DNA of 64,000 nucleotides, from the NCBI GenBank assembly GCA_002449145.1, contig DKCG01000032.1, forward strand, positions 34,777 to 98,776, read 5' to 3'. Within the stretch, counting starts at the first letter, position 1; the number at the start of each line of letters is the position of its first letter. Source of the DNA: Christensenella sp. UBA6880 (GTDB lineage: Bacteria > Bacillota > Clostridia > Christensenellales > CAG-917). The position numbers and the translations under genes were made by a program. The notes under the pieces were generated by a model. The model searched no databases and had not been told where the DNA came from. It saw nothing but the letters and a program-made list of their open reading frames with translations. Positions 29,050 to 38,595 of this stretch are shown here, piece by piece.

Positions 29050-30642
29050 ATGGAAAAAGAAAAGGACATACATATTCAAAAAGATCTTATGTCGCAAAGA
29101 TCTATGGCGAAAAGCATCGGAATGAACACTCTTTCAAAGTTGAAAGAATCCTTGTTTTCCGTGCTTCCCGTTGCTGTTATCGTGCTTATTTTCGCTCTTA
29201 CGCCGATAACCGATTTTACGTCGAAAGAAATCGTCGCGTTTGTCGTGTCGGCGATTATGCTCATTTTGGGTATAGCGTTGTTCAACGTCGGCGCGGACCT
29301 TGCTATGACGCCTATGGGCGAACAGGTCGGCGCAGGTTTGACGAAGTCCAAAAAACTGCCTCTGCTTCTCGGCGTAGGTTTTGCTATGGGCGTGCTTATC
29401 ACCGTTGCAGAACCCGATTTGAGCGTGCTTGCAGAGCAAGTCAAAGCGGTTATGAACAGCACCGTGCTTATCGTTACGGTGGGCGTGGGCGTAGGCTTGT
29501 TTTTGGTTATCGCAATCTCGAAAATCGTTTTCAGAAAGGACTTGTCTTCGCTGCTTCTGTTCTTCTATATGGTGCTTTTTGCCTTAACAGCGATTATGTT
29601 TGAAAAGGGCAAAGGCGTATTTTTGCCGATGGCGTTCGACTCGGGCGGCGTTACGACGGGACCTATCACCGTGCCGTTTATTATGGCTCTCGGCGTGGGC
29701 GTCGCACTCAACTCGGGCGGCCGCAACGCAAAAGAAAACAGTTTCGGTCTTATCGCACTTTGCTCGATAGGTCCTATGCTCGCGGTTATGGCGCTGTCGC
29801 TTGCAACGAAAGGGGGTATGTCCTTTACGCTTTCCGACTACTCGATTGACGCAAATCTCGGCGCAAACTTCGCGCCCGCTCTCGGCGGCGTCGCTCTCGA
29901 AGTGCTTATTGCGCTCGGTCTTATCGTCGTGTTCTTTGCGATACTGCAAGTGACCGTCCTCAAACTTCCCAAACAAAAATTGCTTCAAATCGGCATAGGT
30001 ATCCTTTATACCTACGTCGGACTCGTGGTGTTCCTCACGTCCGTCAAGGTCGGATTTATGCCCATAGGCTTCAAACTCGGCGCTCAAATCGCAAACTTCT
30101 CCAAACCGCTTCTCATCGTATTTGCGTTCGTGATAGGTTTCGTGGTCGTTCTTGCCGAGCCTGCCGTGCACGTCCTCAACAAGCAAGTCGAACAAATCAC
30201 CAACGGCGCAGTGTCCAAACGCTCTATGCTCGTTGCGTTGTCGATAGGCGTGGGATTGTCAATCGGTCTTAGCGTCATAAGAATCATTTACGGATTCTCG
30301 CTTCTTTACTATCTGATTCCCGGGTATCTCATTTCGCTCGGATTGTCGTTCTTCGTGCCGAAGATTTACACCGCAATCGCATTCGACTCGGGCGGTGTTG
30401 CAAGCGGTCCGTTGACGTCGAGTTTCATTTTGCCGTTTGCAGTCGGCGCGTGCGCCGTGCTTTGCGGCGAACAAGAGGTGCTCAACCTCGCTTTCGGCAT
30501 CGTCGCTATGGTTGCGATGACCCCGCTCATCACAATCCAACTTCTCGGCTTCAGAGCGGTGGCAAGCGCGAAAGTCAAAGACAAAATCGTTATGCGCCGT
30601 ATTCTCGACGCAGACGACGAGCAAATCATCAACTTTATGTGA
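29050..30642 (+). CDS. duplicated DUF1538-type polytopic membrane protein (putative transporter)
   Basis: About 530 aa with two homologous halves, each carrying AFDSGGV(T/A)(T/S)GP(I/L)T..FI(M/L)..(G/A)VG. Confidence 0.7.
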   Translation: MEKEKDIHIQKDLMSQRSMAKSIGMNTLSKLKESLFSVLPVAVIVLIFALTPITDFTSKEIVAFVVSAIMLILGIALFNVGADLAMTPMGEQVGAGLTKSKKLPLLLGVGFAMGVLITVAEPDLSVLAEQVKAVMNSTVLIVTVGVGVGLFLVIAISKIVFRKDLSSLLLFFYMVLFALTAIMFEKGKGVFLPMAFDSGGVTTGPITVPFIMALGVGVALNSGGRNAKENSFGLIALCSIGPMLAVMALSLATKGGMSFTLSDYSIDANLGANFAPALGGVALEVLIALGLIVVFFAILQVTVLKLPKQKLLQIGIGILYTYVGLVVFLTSVKVGFMPIGFKLGAQIANFSKPLLIVFAFVIGFVVVLAEPAVHVLNKQVEQITNGAVSKRSMLVALSIGVGLSIGLSVIRIIYGFSLLYYLIPGYLISLGLSFFVPKIYTAIAFDSGGVASGPLTSSFILPFAVGACAVLCGEQEVLNLAFGIVAMVAMTPLITIQLLGFRAVASAKVKDKIVMRRILDADDEQIINFM

Positions 30643-30651
30643 GGGGGTATT

Positions 30652-31125
30652 ATGGCTGACAAAATCGTGGAAAAAGTCAAAAAAGTCGCAAAAAAAGCGG
30701 CTGCCAAAAATGCGGAAATAAAAGCCGCAAGAAACAATGCCTCGTCCGCGCCGAAGGTAAATTCGGGCAAACTTATGTTGCTCGTGAGTATCGTTCCCAA
30801 CAACAAGGCGGAATTTTACACCGACCTTTTGCAATCCTCTTTTGAGGTGAACTTCCAATGGACGGCGCGCGCAAGAGGTACGGCAAACGCCGAAATGCTC
30901 AGCCTTTCGGAATGGAACGACCAAACAAAAACCGCAATTTTCAGCGTAATTAAACAAGAAAGAGCGAAAGAGGCTCTCGCTACGCTTGAAAATAAATTCA
31001 ACACAATAAGAAAAGGCAAAGGCATTGCCTTTACCGTGCCGTTTTCAAGTATGATAGGCGTTGCCGCATACGGATTTTTGAGCAATAACCTCAAAACAGT
31101 GAAGGGGGAAAACAATGAGCGATAA
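30652..31125 (+). CDS. divergent PII-like protein with Lys/Ala-rich N-terminal extension
   Basis: 157 aa. The C-terminal ~110 aa align by eye with the next gene (LLVSIVPNNKAEF vs VIVCIVNNGFADE; GIAFTVPFSSMIGV vs GIAFAMPVDGVVGI). Confidence 0.6.
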   Translation: MADKIVEKVKKVAKKAAAKNAEIKAARNNASSAPKVNSGKLMLLVSIVPNNKAEFYTDLLQSSFEVNFQWTARARGTANAEMLSLSEWNDQTKTAIFSVIKQERAKEALATLENKFNTIRKGKGIAFTVPFSSMIGVAAYGFLSNNLKTVKGENNER

Positions 31126-31438
31126 ACAATATCAAGTCATCGTGTGTATAGTCAACAACGGTTTTGCCGACGAGGCAATGGACGCCGCTCGCGCCGTGGG
31201 CGCAAGAGGCGGTACGGTTATGAGCGCAAGAGGCACTGCCAATATCGAGGCGGAAAAAGCGTTTCAAATCCAAATCCAACCCGAAAAAGAAATGATTATG
31301 ATTCTCGTGAGCGAGGATATAAAAGAGGACGTTATGCACGCGCTTTACAGAAGCGTAGGCACGCATACGCCCGCGCACGGAATCGCCTTTGCAATGCCCG
31401 TAGACGGCGTTGTGGGAATCGGCACACCCGCTCAATAA
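31115..31438 (+). CDS. PII-family signal-transduction protein
   Basis: 107 aa with a beta-alpha-beta core (YQVIVCIVNNGFADEAMDAARAVGARGGTVMSARG...MIMILV..DVMHALY). 11-nt overlap with the upstream gene. Confidence 0.7.
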   Translation: MSDKQYQVIVCIVNNGFADEAMDAARAVGARGGTVMSARGTANIEAEKAFQIQIQPEKEMIMILVSEDIKEDVMHALYRSVGTHTPAHGIAFAMPVDGVVGIGTPAQ

Positions 31439-31494
31439 TCGTTTGTAGCGAAATAATCAAAATATGAAAATTGCCACCGACAGATATGAAAAAT

Positions 31495-31525
31495 GCCACC
31501 GAATTTTCGGTGGCTATATTTTTTT
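31495..31525. terminator. rho-independent terminator
   Basis: Stem GCCACCG / CGGTGGC with a 6-nt loop, then TATATTTTTTT. Confidence 0.65.
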
Positions 31526-31592
31526 GCAACATAGTTTATTTTTTTGCACGATAGTTTATGGCTTTTTGCACGATAGTGCAAATCCGTCTTTA

Positions 31593-32591
31593 TTATCTTC
31601 TGTAATCGTCGCGGGGATAGCGGTCGTCGGGGCGGGAATCGTAGCGCGGATCGCGTCTTTGATCGTAGTCGTCTTGCGAGTCGTAACGAGGGTCGGAACG
31701 CCTCGAATCGTAGCGAGAATCATAGCGCGAATCGTAACGATCGCCCTCGCGATATGTGCGTGTGGAATCGTAGTCGAACTCGTTTCTTCCGCGTTCTTTG
31801 CGCATTACGCTCTTGCCTTGCGAACGGTCGTTTTTAGAGGGTTTGAAAAGCAAAATCGCAATGATAATCGCAGGCACTGCTATGCCTATGATAAGCACTA
31901 TGCGAAGCGCAAGCGACGTGTTGGGGATTATGTCGCCTTTGTCGGGATCGGGTTCGGGCTTGCTTGCAAGCAGTCTGTCGCGTTCCGCTTGCGCAATCGG
32001 GTGATAGGGAACGGTAAATTCCTCAAAAGAATCGCGAGAAGAGAATCCAAAATAATTTGATCCGTCTAACATTGCGACAATATAGATGAGATTTGCGTCT
32101 TCGGTGTGATAACCGAGAAACTTTACGGTGTAGTCGGAATTGATTTCAAGACCGTTGAAAGCAAGCGATTCGTCTTTAAGTGTGAGTCGCACATCGGGGA
32201 ACGGTGACACGCCGTCCGCAAAGACTACCGGCGAGCAAGTCGGTACAGTTTCAGATGCATAATAGAACTCTTGGTTAAAGCCGCAATAAACTACGGGATA
32301 ATATTGCCCGATATTGCTTGCACCAGACAGATAGATATAATAACTTTCGGGAATATAGAATTTGTCGTTGTTTCCGCGAAAAAGACACAATGTCGATGCG
32401 CCTGCGTATGCGTTGCCTTCGAGATTGGATACCGGCGCAACCAACACCTCTTGCGTGGAATCGGCGTACGCTATCTTGTAGGGCAGAAGTATGCCCATAA
32501 GTACGCATACCGAAAGCGCGACGCTCGCCAAAATCAATGCAAGCGCGGATAGGATTCTTTTGGATAAAATTTTCGCACACCTTTTTTCCAT
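31593..32591 (-). CDS. bitopic membrane protein with Arg/Asp/Tyr-repeat cytoplasmic tail
   Basis: 332 aa with N-terminal signal/anchor, an ~200-aa extracytoplasmic domain and a TM segment (LRIVLIIGIAVPAIIIAILLF). The tail is RYDSRYDSRYDSRRSDPRYDSQDDYDQRRDPRYDSRPDDRYPRDDYRR. Confidence 0.6.
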   Translation of the reverse strand: MEKRCAKILSKRILSALALILASVALSVCVLMGILLPYKIAYADSTQEVLVAPVSNLEGNAYAGASTLCLFRGNNDKFYIPESYYIYLSGASNIGQYYPVVYCGFNQEFYYASETVPTCSPVVFADGVSPFPDVRLTLKDESLAFNGLEINSDYTVKFLGYHTEDANLIYIVAMLDGSNYFGFSSRDSFEEFTVPYHPIAQAERDRLLASKPEPDPDKGDIIPNTSLALRIVLIIGIAVPAIIIAILLFKPSKNDRSQGKSVMRKERGRNEFDYDSTRTYREGDRYDSRYDSRYDSRRSDPRYDSQDDYDQRRDPRYDSRPDDRYPRDDYRR

Positions 32592-32726
32592 ACGCTTATA
32601 ATACTATAATCTTTGACAAATTGAAAGTCTTTAAGTACAACTTTTCACCGCTTTTTTTGTCGCAAACGCGAAAATATAGTGACATAATTGTTTGTTTTTC
32701 GCAAAGTCGAGGGGTATGCTTTGCGT

Positions 32727-34163
32727 ATGAAAGACGATAAAGATGTGTTGAAACTTATACAAATCCAAAAAGAAATAGATTCGAGAAAACGCGACGCTCT
32801 TGCAAATTACAACAAGGACTTCGTACACGAAAAGCAGATGACATTCCACCGCTCGCAAAAAAGAAACAGATGGGTTTTCGGGGGAAACCGCTCGGGAAAG
32901 ACGGAATGCGGCGCGGTGGAATGCGTTTGGCTTGCAAGGGGGATTCACCCTTTTCGCCAAAATCGAGATAACGTGTTCGGCTGGGTGGTGAGCCTCTCGC
33001 AACAAGTGCAGCGCGACGTCGCGCAAGCGAAAGTGCTTAAATACCTTGCGCCGAGATATATCGAGGACATCGTTATGCTCGAAGGCAAGAAAGGGTCGCC
33101 CGAGTACGGCGTTATCGATTATATCGTGGTGAAAAACGCTTTCGGCGGCACGAGCAAAATCGGCTTCAAATCCTGCGACCAAGGACGAGAGAAGTTTCAA
33201 GGCGCGTCCCTAGATTTCGTGTGGTTCGACGAAGAACCGCCAAAAGATATTTACGACGAGTGCCGTATGAGAGTGTTCGACAGAAAAGGGGATATTTTCG
33301 GCACGATGACGCCGCTCAAAGGCTTGACGTGGGTGTACGACGAGATTGAATTGAATACGAGCGAAAATCCCGAAGTGTGGTGCGAGTATATGGAATGGAA
33401 CGACAATCCCTACCTCGACAAATGCGAGATTAAGGCTATGGAAAGCACCGTCTCAAAGCAAGACCAACTGTCGAGAAGATTCGGAAAATTCTCGACGGCG
33501 GAAGGACTGGTGTATCCCGAGTTCGACCAAAACGTACACGTCATAGAACCCTTCGATATACCCAAAGAATGGCAGTGCGACATATCCATCGACCCCGGAC
33601 TTACCAACCCTACGAGTTGCCACTTTTACGCGGTGGACTTTGACGGAAACATATACGTCGTGGCAGAGCATTTCGAGGCAGGACAATCCATTGACAGACA
33701 CGTCGCAAAAATCTTCGAGATTGCAAATCGCCTCGACTGGAAAAGAGACGAGAAAGGACGGCTTCGCGCACTCATCGACAGCGCGGCGAATCAAAGGACT
33801 CTCGCTTCGCAAAAGAGCGTCGCAGAGTTGTTTTGCGAAAAGGGTATTTTGGTCAATACCAACGTAAACAAGGATTTATACAGCGGAATACAGCGTATAA
33901 AGTCGTTGTTCGAACAAAGACCGCCAAAAATATTCATTTTCAAAAACTGCGTGAATCTCATCAGAGAACTGAAAGGCTACTGGTGGGGCTCAAACGACAG
34001 ACCCAAGAAAATCGACGATCACGCTTTGGACGAATTGAGATATTTCGTTATGTCGCAACCCTCGCCCGCAAAGCCGCTAAAACCGCCGAAATCGATTATA
34101 CAGACCGACAAAGAAAGACTTATGAGAGATTGTAGGAGGGAAAAAATATGGAAGTCGAATTGA
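32727..34163 (+). CDS. phage terminase large subunit
   Basis: Walker A GGNRSGKTE, Walker B LDFVWFDEEP, nuclease-domain SIDPGLTNPT and C-terminal DHALDELRY. ATG 32727 follows GAGGGG. The ORF-track TTG start at 32688 is less likely. Confidence 0.85.
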   Translation: MKDDKDVLKLIQIQKEIDSRKRDALANYNKDFVHEKQMTFHRSQKRNRWVFGGNRSGKTECGAVECVWLARGIHPFRQNRDNVFGWVVSLSQQVQRDVAQAKVLKYLAPRYIEDIVMLEGKKGSPEYGVIDYIVVKNAFGGTSKIGFKSCDQGREKFQGASLDFVWFDEEPPKDIYDECRMRVFDRKGDIFGTMTPLKGLTWVYDEIELNTSENPEVWCEYMEWNDNPYLDKCEIKAMESTVSKQDQLSRRFGKFSTAEGLVYPEFDQNVHVIEPFDIPKEWQCDISIDPGLTNPTSCHFYAVDFDGNIYVVAEHFEAGQSIDRHVAKIFEIANRLDWKRDEKGRLRALIDSAANQRTLASQKSVAELFCEKGILVNTNVNKDLYSGIQRIKSLFEQRPPKIFIFKNCVNLIRELKGYWWGSNDRPKKIDDHALDELRYFVMSQPSPAKPLKPPKSIIQTDKERLMRDCRREKIWKSN

Positions 34164-34432
34164 TAAAATCCTTGCTTAAACGCGCAAAGGGTTATAGATA
34201 CAACGAAGTTCAAGAGGAATACTCGGTCAAAGAGGACGGCGAGTTTGTGCTGACCAAAAAGAAAGTCGTCAGAAAATACTGTCCGCCCGACGCAAGCGCG
34301 CTCAAAGCATATATGGATTTTGCGGGCGAGCAAAACGCCGCCTCTATGAGCGACGAGGAACTCGAAAACGAAAAGCAAAAACTAATAGATAAAATCAAAG
34401 ACGAACTGAAAAAAGAAACGCAAACGAAATAG
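34148..34432 (+). CDS. small basic/acidic protein, possibly terminase small subunit-like
   Basis: 94 aa. VVRKYCPPDASALKAYMDF resembles the PPD/PPN segment I recall from some TerS proteins. 16-nt overlap with TerL. Weak call. Confidence 0.35.
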   Translation: MEVELIKSLLKRAKGYRYNEVQEEYSVKEDGEFVLTKKKVVRKYCPPDASALKAYMDFAGEQNAASMSDEELENEKQKLIDKIKDELKKETQTK

Positions 34433-34582
34433 TTTGTCGATTGAAACGCAAACAAGCGATTTACAAAATATACGCGTTGCAAAAAGTTTGCGCTCGAATA
34501 TAAAACGATAAAAACGACTTTTTTCGTCCTTTTCGTAAAGGCGAGAGGGTCGCTTTTTTATAGCAAAATGAAGGAGATTTTT

Positions 34583-36472
34583 ATGTCTGAAAAAGAAGAA
34601 AGAATCGTTGCGGACGTCACCGCCGATTTCAAAAAAAGACAGGAAGCAAGACGCGCGGTGGAACTCAACTGGCGACTAAATATGAATTTCGTCGTCGGCA
34701 ATCAGTTTGCGCAAATCTCGTCGAAAGGCGACATCGAGGAAAGCGGAAAAGAATACTTCTGGCAAGAAAGAGAAGTGTTCAACCACATCGCGCCTATCCT
34801 CGAAACGAGGCTCGCAAAACTCGGCAGAGTCAAGGCAAAAGCGCAGGTGCGCCCCGCAACCGCAGATGACGACGACGTTGCGTCCGCCGCGCTTGCGTCG
34901 AAACTTATCGACGCCGTGTGCAAGGAAAACGACTTTTCGTCGCAACTCGCTCTCGCAAATACGTGGAGCGAGATTACGGGCAGCGCGTTTTTCAAAATCA
35001 CGTGGGACGCTCAAAAGGGTCACTCGCTCGACGCGGAAGGAAAAATCAAAGAGGGCGACGTGACTATCGCACTTTGTCCGCCTTTCGAGATTTTTCCCGA
35101 AGATATTGCAATAACCGACATCGACAAACAATCCTCGATTATCCACGCAAAAGTGCTCACCGAACAGGAAGTTAAGAGCATTTGGGGCAAGGAAGTCAAG
35201 GGCGGCGACGTCAACGTGTTTTCTTTCGATAACGCCGACGTCGGCGGCGGTTTGGGTTATACCGCTTCCATTCCGAAAATCGTCAGCGAGAAAAAGGAAA
35301 ACGCGGTCGTGGTGATAGAAAAATACGAAAAACCCACGAGCGAGTGCCCAAACGGCAGGCTCACCATAGTTGCGGGCGATACGCTCATTTTCAGAGGGGA
35401 TATGCCTTACCTCAACGGCGAGGACGGACAGCGCGGCTATCCGTTTGCGAAAATGACGTGTATCGACAATCTCACAAACTTCTTTGGAACGTCGGTCGTC
35501 GAGAGAATCATTCCCGTTCAGCGCGCGTACAACACAGTCAAAAACAGAAAGCACGAGTATATGAATCGTATGGCTGTGGGCGTATTCGCGGTCGAGGACG
35601 GCTCGGTGGATACCGACGATTTGCAAGAGGAAGGCTTGCCCCCGGGAAAAGTGGTGGTGTATAGGCAAGGTAGCACGCCGCCGAGAGTTATTTCGCCAAC
35701 GCACGTTCCGAGCGAGTTCTCGCAAGAGGAAGAAAAACTGCTCAACGAATTTGTGATGATAAGCGGCGTAAGCGAGGTTACGACCTACTCGCAAGTGCCG
35801 TCCAATGTCGCTTCGGGTACTGCGATTTCGCTGTTGCTCGAACAAGACGACACGCGTATCGCTCTCACCGCCGACAGCCTCAGAGAGTGCATAAAGAGGA
35901 TAGGTAAGCACGTTTTGCGCCTATACCGTCAATACGCGAAAGTGCCGAGAGTGAAGCGTATCACGGGCGAAAACGGCGAAGTGGAAATCGCTTCGTTCTG
36001 CGCGGGCAACATCGACAGCGAGGACATCGTTTTCGATACCGTCAGCGACATCGAAGACACGCTTTCGGCAAGGCGCGCTATGGTGTACGACTTGCTCAAA
36101 CTCGGTCTTTTCGCCGACGAGAACGGAAAACTCTCGACTTCCACAAAAGCGAGAATATTTGAAATTCTCGGATTCGGAAACTGGGAAGACGGAAGAAACA
36201 ACGACGAAATGCACCGCAAAAAAGCACTCAAAGAAAATATGGATATGCTCAAAAAAGTCGTGCCGTGCGACTTCTACGACGACCACGCGATTCATATCGC
36301 CGAACACGTCAGGATGTGCGTGTCCTCGAAGTGTACGCAAAACAAGGCGCTACGTGACAGAGTGGCGGAACACATCGCAAAGCATACCGAACTTTTGGGA
36401 TTTAAGGACAACGTAAATTTGCTCGAAAGCAAACTCGAAAAGGGGACAGACAATGAACGACAAACAAATTGA
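34583..36472 (+). CDS. phage portal protein (by size and position)
   Basis: 629 aa from ATG 34583, which is preceded by AAGGAG (that RBS is itself inside the ORF-track start at 34568). Sits between TerL and scaffold/MCP. Confidence 0.6.
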   Translation: MSEKEERIVADVTADFKKRQEARRAVELNWRLNMNFVVGNQFAQISSKGDIEESGKEYFWQEREVFNHIAPILETRLAKLGRVKAKAQVRPATADDDDVASAALASKLIDAVCKENDFSSQLALANTWSEITGSAFFKITWDAQKGHSLDAEGKIKEGDVTIALCPPFEIFPEDIAITDIDKQSSIIHAKVLTEQEVKSIWGKEVKGGDVNVFSFDNADVGGGLGYTASIPKIVSEKKENAVVVIEKYEKPTSECPNGRLTIVAGDTLIFRGDMPYLNGEDGQRGYPFAKMTCIDNLTNFFGTSVVERIIPVQRAYNTVKNRKHEYMNRMAVGVFAVEDGSVDTDDLQEEGLPPGKVVVYRQGSTPPRVISPTHVPSEFSQEEEKLLNEFVMISGVSEVTTYSQVPSNVASGTAISLLLEQDDTRIALTADSLRECIKRIGKHVLRLYRQYAKVPRVKRITGENGEVEIASFCAGNIDSEDIVFDTVSDIEDTLSARRAMVYDLLKLGLFADENGKLSTSTKARIFEILGFGNWEDGRNNDEMHRKKALKENMDMLKKVVPCDFYDDHAIHIAEHVRMCVSSKCTQNKALRDRVAEHIAKHTELLGFKDNVNLLESKLEKGTDNERQTN

Positions 36473-37202
36473 AAACGCAATAAAGAAAGGCATTGAAAGC
36501 AAAGGCGCAATCGAAGTGGGCGAAGAAATCGCAAAAGCAATTCTCGTCGGTTCGCAAAACGACGACTTTATCGAGCAAAAAACGCAAGATGAAATGCCCG
36601 TTGCGCAAATAGAAATTAAAACTCAAACGAATCAAACCGCGCAAGGCGACAGCGCCGAAAGCGCGGATAAACAAGACAAAAAGCAATCTTTCGGCAAATT
36701 CAAAAACCCCGAAGAATTGCTCAAAGCGTATCGGGAACTTGAAAAAGAGTTTACCAAAAAATCGCAAAAACTCTCGAAACTCGAAGCACTCGCTGACGGC
36801 GAAAGTCAAGGTTTTGACGACGAAACCTTTAAGGTTGCGGCGGATAAGTTTTTTGAAAATACCCCGTCCGCAAAACCGTTCGCAAAGGACATCGCTCTCA
36901 AAATCATCGAAAAGCCCGAACTCAAAAAGGACAAAAATTGCCTTTCCGTCGCGCTTATGCAAGTGCTTATCGACAAGTTCAGAACGCCCGAGCAACTTAT
37001 GCAAGACGGACAATTTTTGAACGACTACGTGCTTTCGTCGAGCAAGGTCAGGGACGCAATCATCGGCGCGTACCTCAAAGATATTCGCGACGGACAACCG
37101 CCCGCGACTCTTTCGGGCGACGGGCTTCAATGCGTAGCACCCTCGAAAAAAATCAGAAGCATAGAAGAAGCGGGAAGAATGTTTTTGAAAAATAACGAAT
37201 AA
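36453..37202 (+). CDS. scaffolding-like protein
   Basis: 249 aa, acidic, helical and low-complexity (Lys/Glu/Gln rich). Immediately upstream of the capsid gene and overlaps the portal end by 20 nt. Confidence 0.5.
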   Translation: MNDKQIENAIKKGIESKGAIEVGEEIAKAILVGSQNDDFIEQKTQDEMPVAQIEIKTQTNQTAQGDSAESADKQDKKQSFGKFKNPEELLKAYRELEKEFTKKSQKLSKLEALADGESQGFDDETFKVAADKFFENTPSAKPFAKDIALKIIEKPELKKDKNCLSVALMQVLIDKFRTPEQLMQDGQFLNDYVLSSSKVRDAIIGAYLKDIRDGQPPATLSGDGLQCVAPSKKIRSIEEAGRMFLKNNE

Positions 37203-37217
37203 AGGAAGACAGAAATT

Positions 37218-38594
37218 ATGGTTACAATCTCAACTGCCGATAAGGCTCTGAAAACTTTTTATCTCGGCGTTCTTGCCGACCAACTTAACGTCGGCGTGAA
37301 TCCGCTCTTTGCAAAAATCGGTCAAACGTCCGCAGACGTATGGGGCAAGGAAGTCAAAAAACTCGCGCCCTACGGTATCAACGGCGGCGTCGGAAGCGGT
37401 GAAGAAAACGACAACCTTCCCCAAAGCGGCGGGAATAACTACGCGCAATTCACCCTCACGCTCAAAAACCTTTTCGGCAAAATCGAACTTTCGGACAAGG
37501 CTATTCGCGCTTCCCAAAACAACGCGGGCGCGTTCGTAAATCTTCTCAACGCCGAAATGGAAGGCTTGCTCAAAGCAAGCAAATTCAACTTCGGTCGTAT
37601 GCTCTACGGCGACGGAAGCGGTCTTTTGGCAACTACCGTTGCAAATACGACGGGCGAGAAAAACAAAATCAAAGTCGACAAAATCAAAGGTCTCATCGAG
37701 GGTATGACAATCGACGTGTACAACGCAAGCGGCGTGAAAGATACCGCGGTTTCCGGTGCGAGAATCGTGTCTATCGACAGAGTGAACAAAATCGTCACCA
37801 TCTCTCAACCAGCGTCCACCGTTATCGGCGCAGGCTACACCGTCTACGTTCAAGGCTCGAAGGGCAACGAAATCACGGGTCTTGAAGCAATCTTCGGCGA
37901 CAGCGAGTATATCTACGGTCTTAAGAGAAGCGATTATTCCTTCCTCAAACCCTACACCAAGACTATCGCAAAAACCGTCAGCGTTGGCGCGATTCAAGAC
38001 GCTATCGACGCAGTGGAAGAAACTTCGGGCGGCACTATCGACTTTATCGTCGCTTCTTACAAGATGAGAAAGCAATACGTCGACGCTCTTTGCAAAAACC
38101 GCACTAATATCGACTATCTTACTCTCGACGGCGGCTACAAGGCGTTGTCTTATTCGGGTATTCCGTTCGTTGCGGACAGATTTGTCGGCGACAACGATAT
38201 GTACTTGCTCAACAGCAACGACTTCAAACTTCATCAACTCTGCGACTGGCGTTGGCTCGAAGGCGAGGGCGGTACGGTGCTTCATCAAGTCGCCGGCAAA
38301 GCGTGCTACAGCGCAACTCTCGTCAAATACGCCGACTTGCTCTGCGAAAGACCTATGGGTCAGGCAAAACTCACCTTTACGGGCAGCGATACGGATTACT
38401 ACTACGTCACGTTCGACTCTAACGGCGGCACGGCAGTTCCTACGCAAATGGTCGCAGCCGGCGGAAAAGCGGTCGTACCCGCCTCACCCTCTAAGACTGG
38501 CAAGTCTTTCGATTGCTGGAATCTCAACGGCGCCGAATACAACTTCTCGACAATCGTCAACAGCGACATTACGCTCGTCGCAGCCTGGATCTGA
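37218..38594 (+). CDS. major capsid protein with C-terminal Listeria-Bacteroides repeat domain
   Basis: 458 aa. Position after scaffold and size fit an MCP. The last 65 aa (YYYVTFDSNGGTAVP...GKSFDCWNLNG...ITLVAAWI) match the Listeria-Bacteroides repeat pattern. Confidence 0.6.
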   Translation: MVTISTADKALKTFYLGVLADQLNVGVNPLFAKIGQTSADVWGKEVKKLAPYGINGGVGSGEENDNLPQSGGNNYAQFTLTLKNLFGKIELSDKAIRASQNNAGAFVNLLNAEMEGLLKASKFNFGRMLYGDGSGLLATTVANTTGEKNKIKVDKIKGLIEGMTIDVYNASGVKDTAVSGARIVSIDRVNKIVTISQPASTVIGAGYTVYVQGSKGNEITGLEAIFGDSEYIYGLKRSDYSFLKPYTKTIAKTVSVGAIQDAIDAVEETSGGTIDFIVASYKMRKQYVDALCKNRTNIDYLTLDGGYKALSYSGIPFVADRFVGDNDMYLLNSNDFKLHQLCDWRWLEGEGGTVLHQVAGKACYSATLVKYADLLCERPMGQAKLTFTGSDTDYYYVTFDSNGGTAVPTQMVAAGGKAVVPASPSKTGKSFDCWNLNGAEYNFSTIVNSDITLVAAWI

Positions 38595-38595
38595 T

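Noticed and set aside
31464-32060. 198-aa plus-strand ORF
   Set aside because: It is antisense to the Arg/Asp/Tyr-repeat tail of the 31593-32591 gene. The product is the mirror-image low-complexity repeat.
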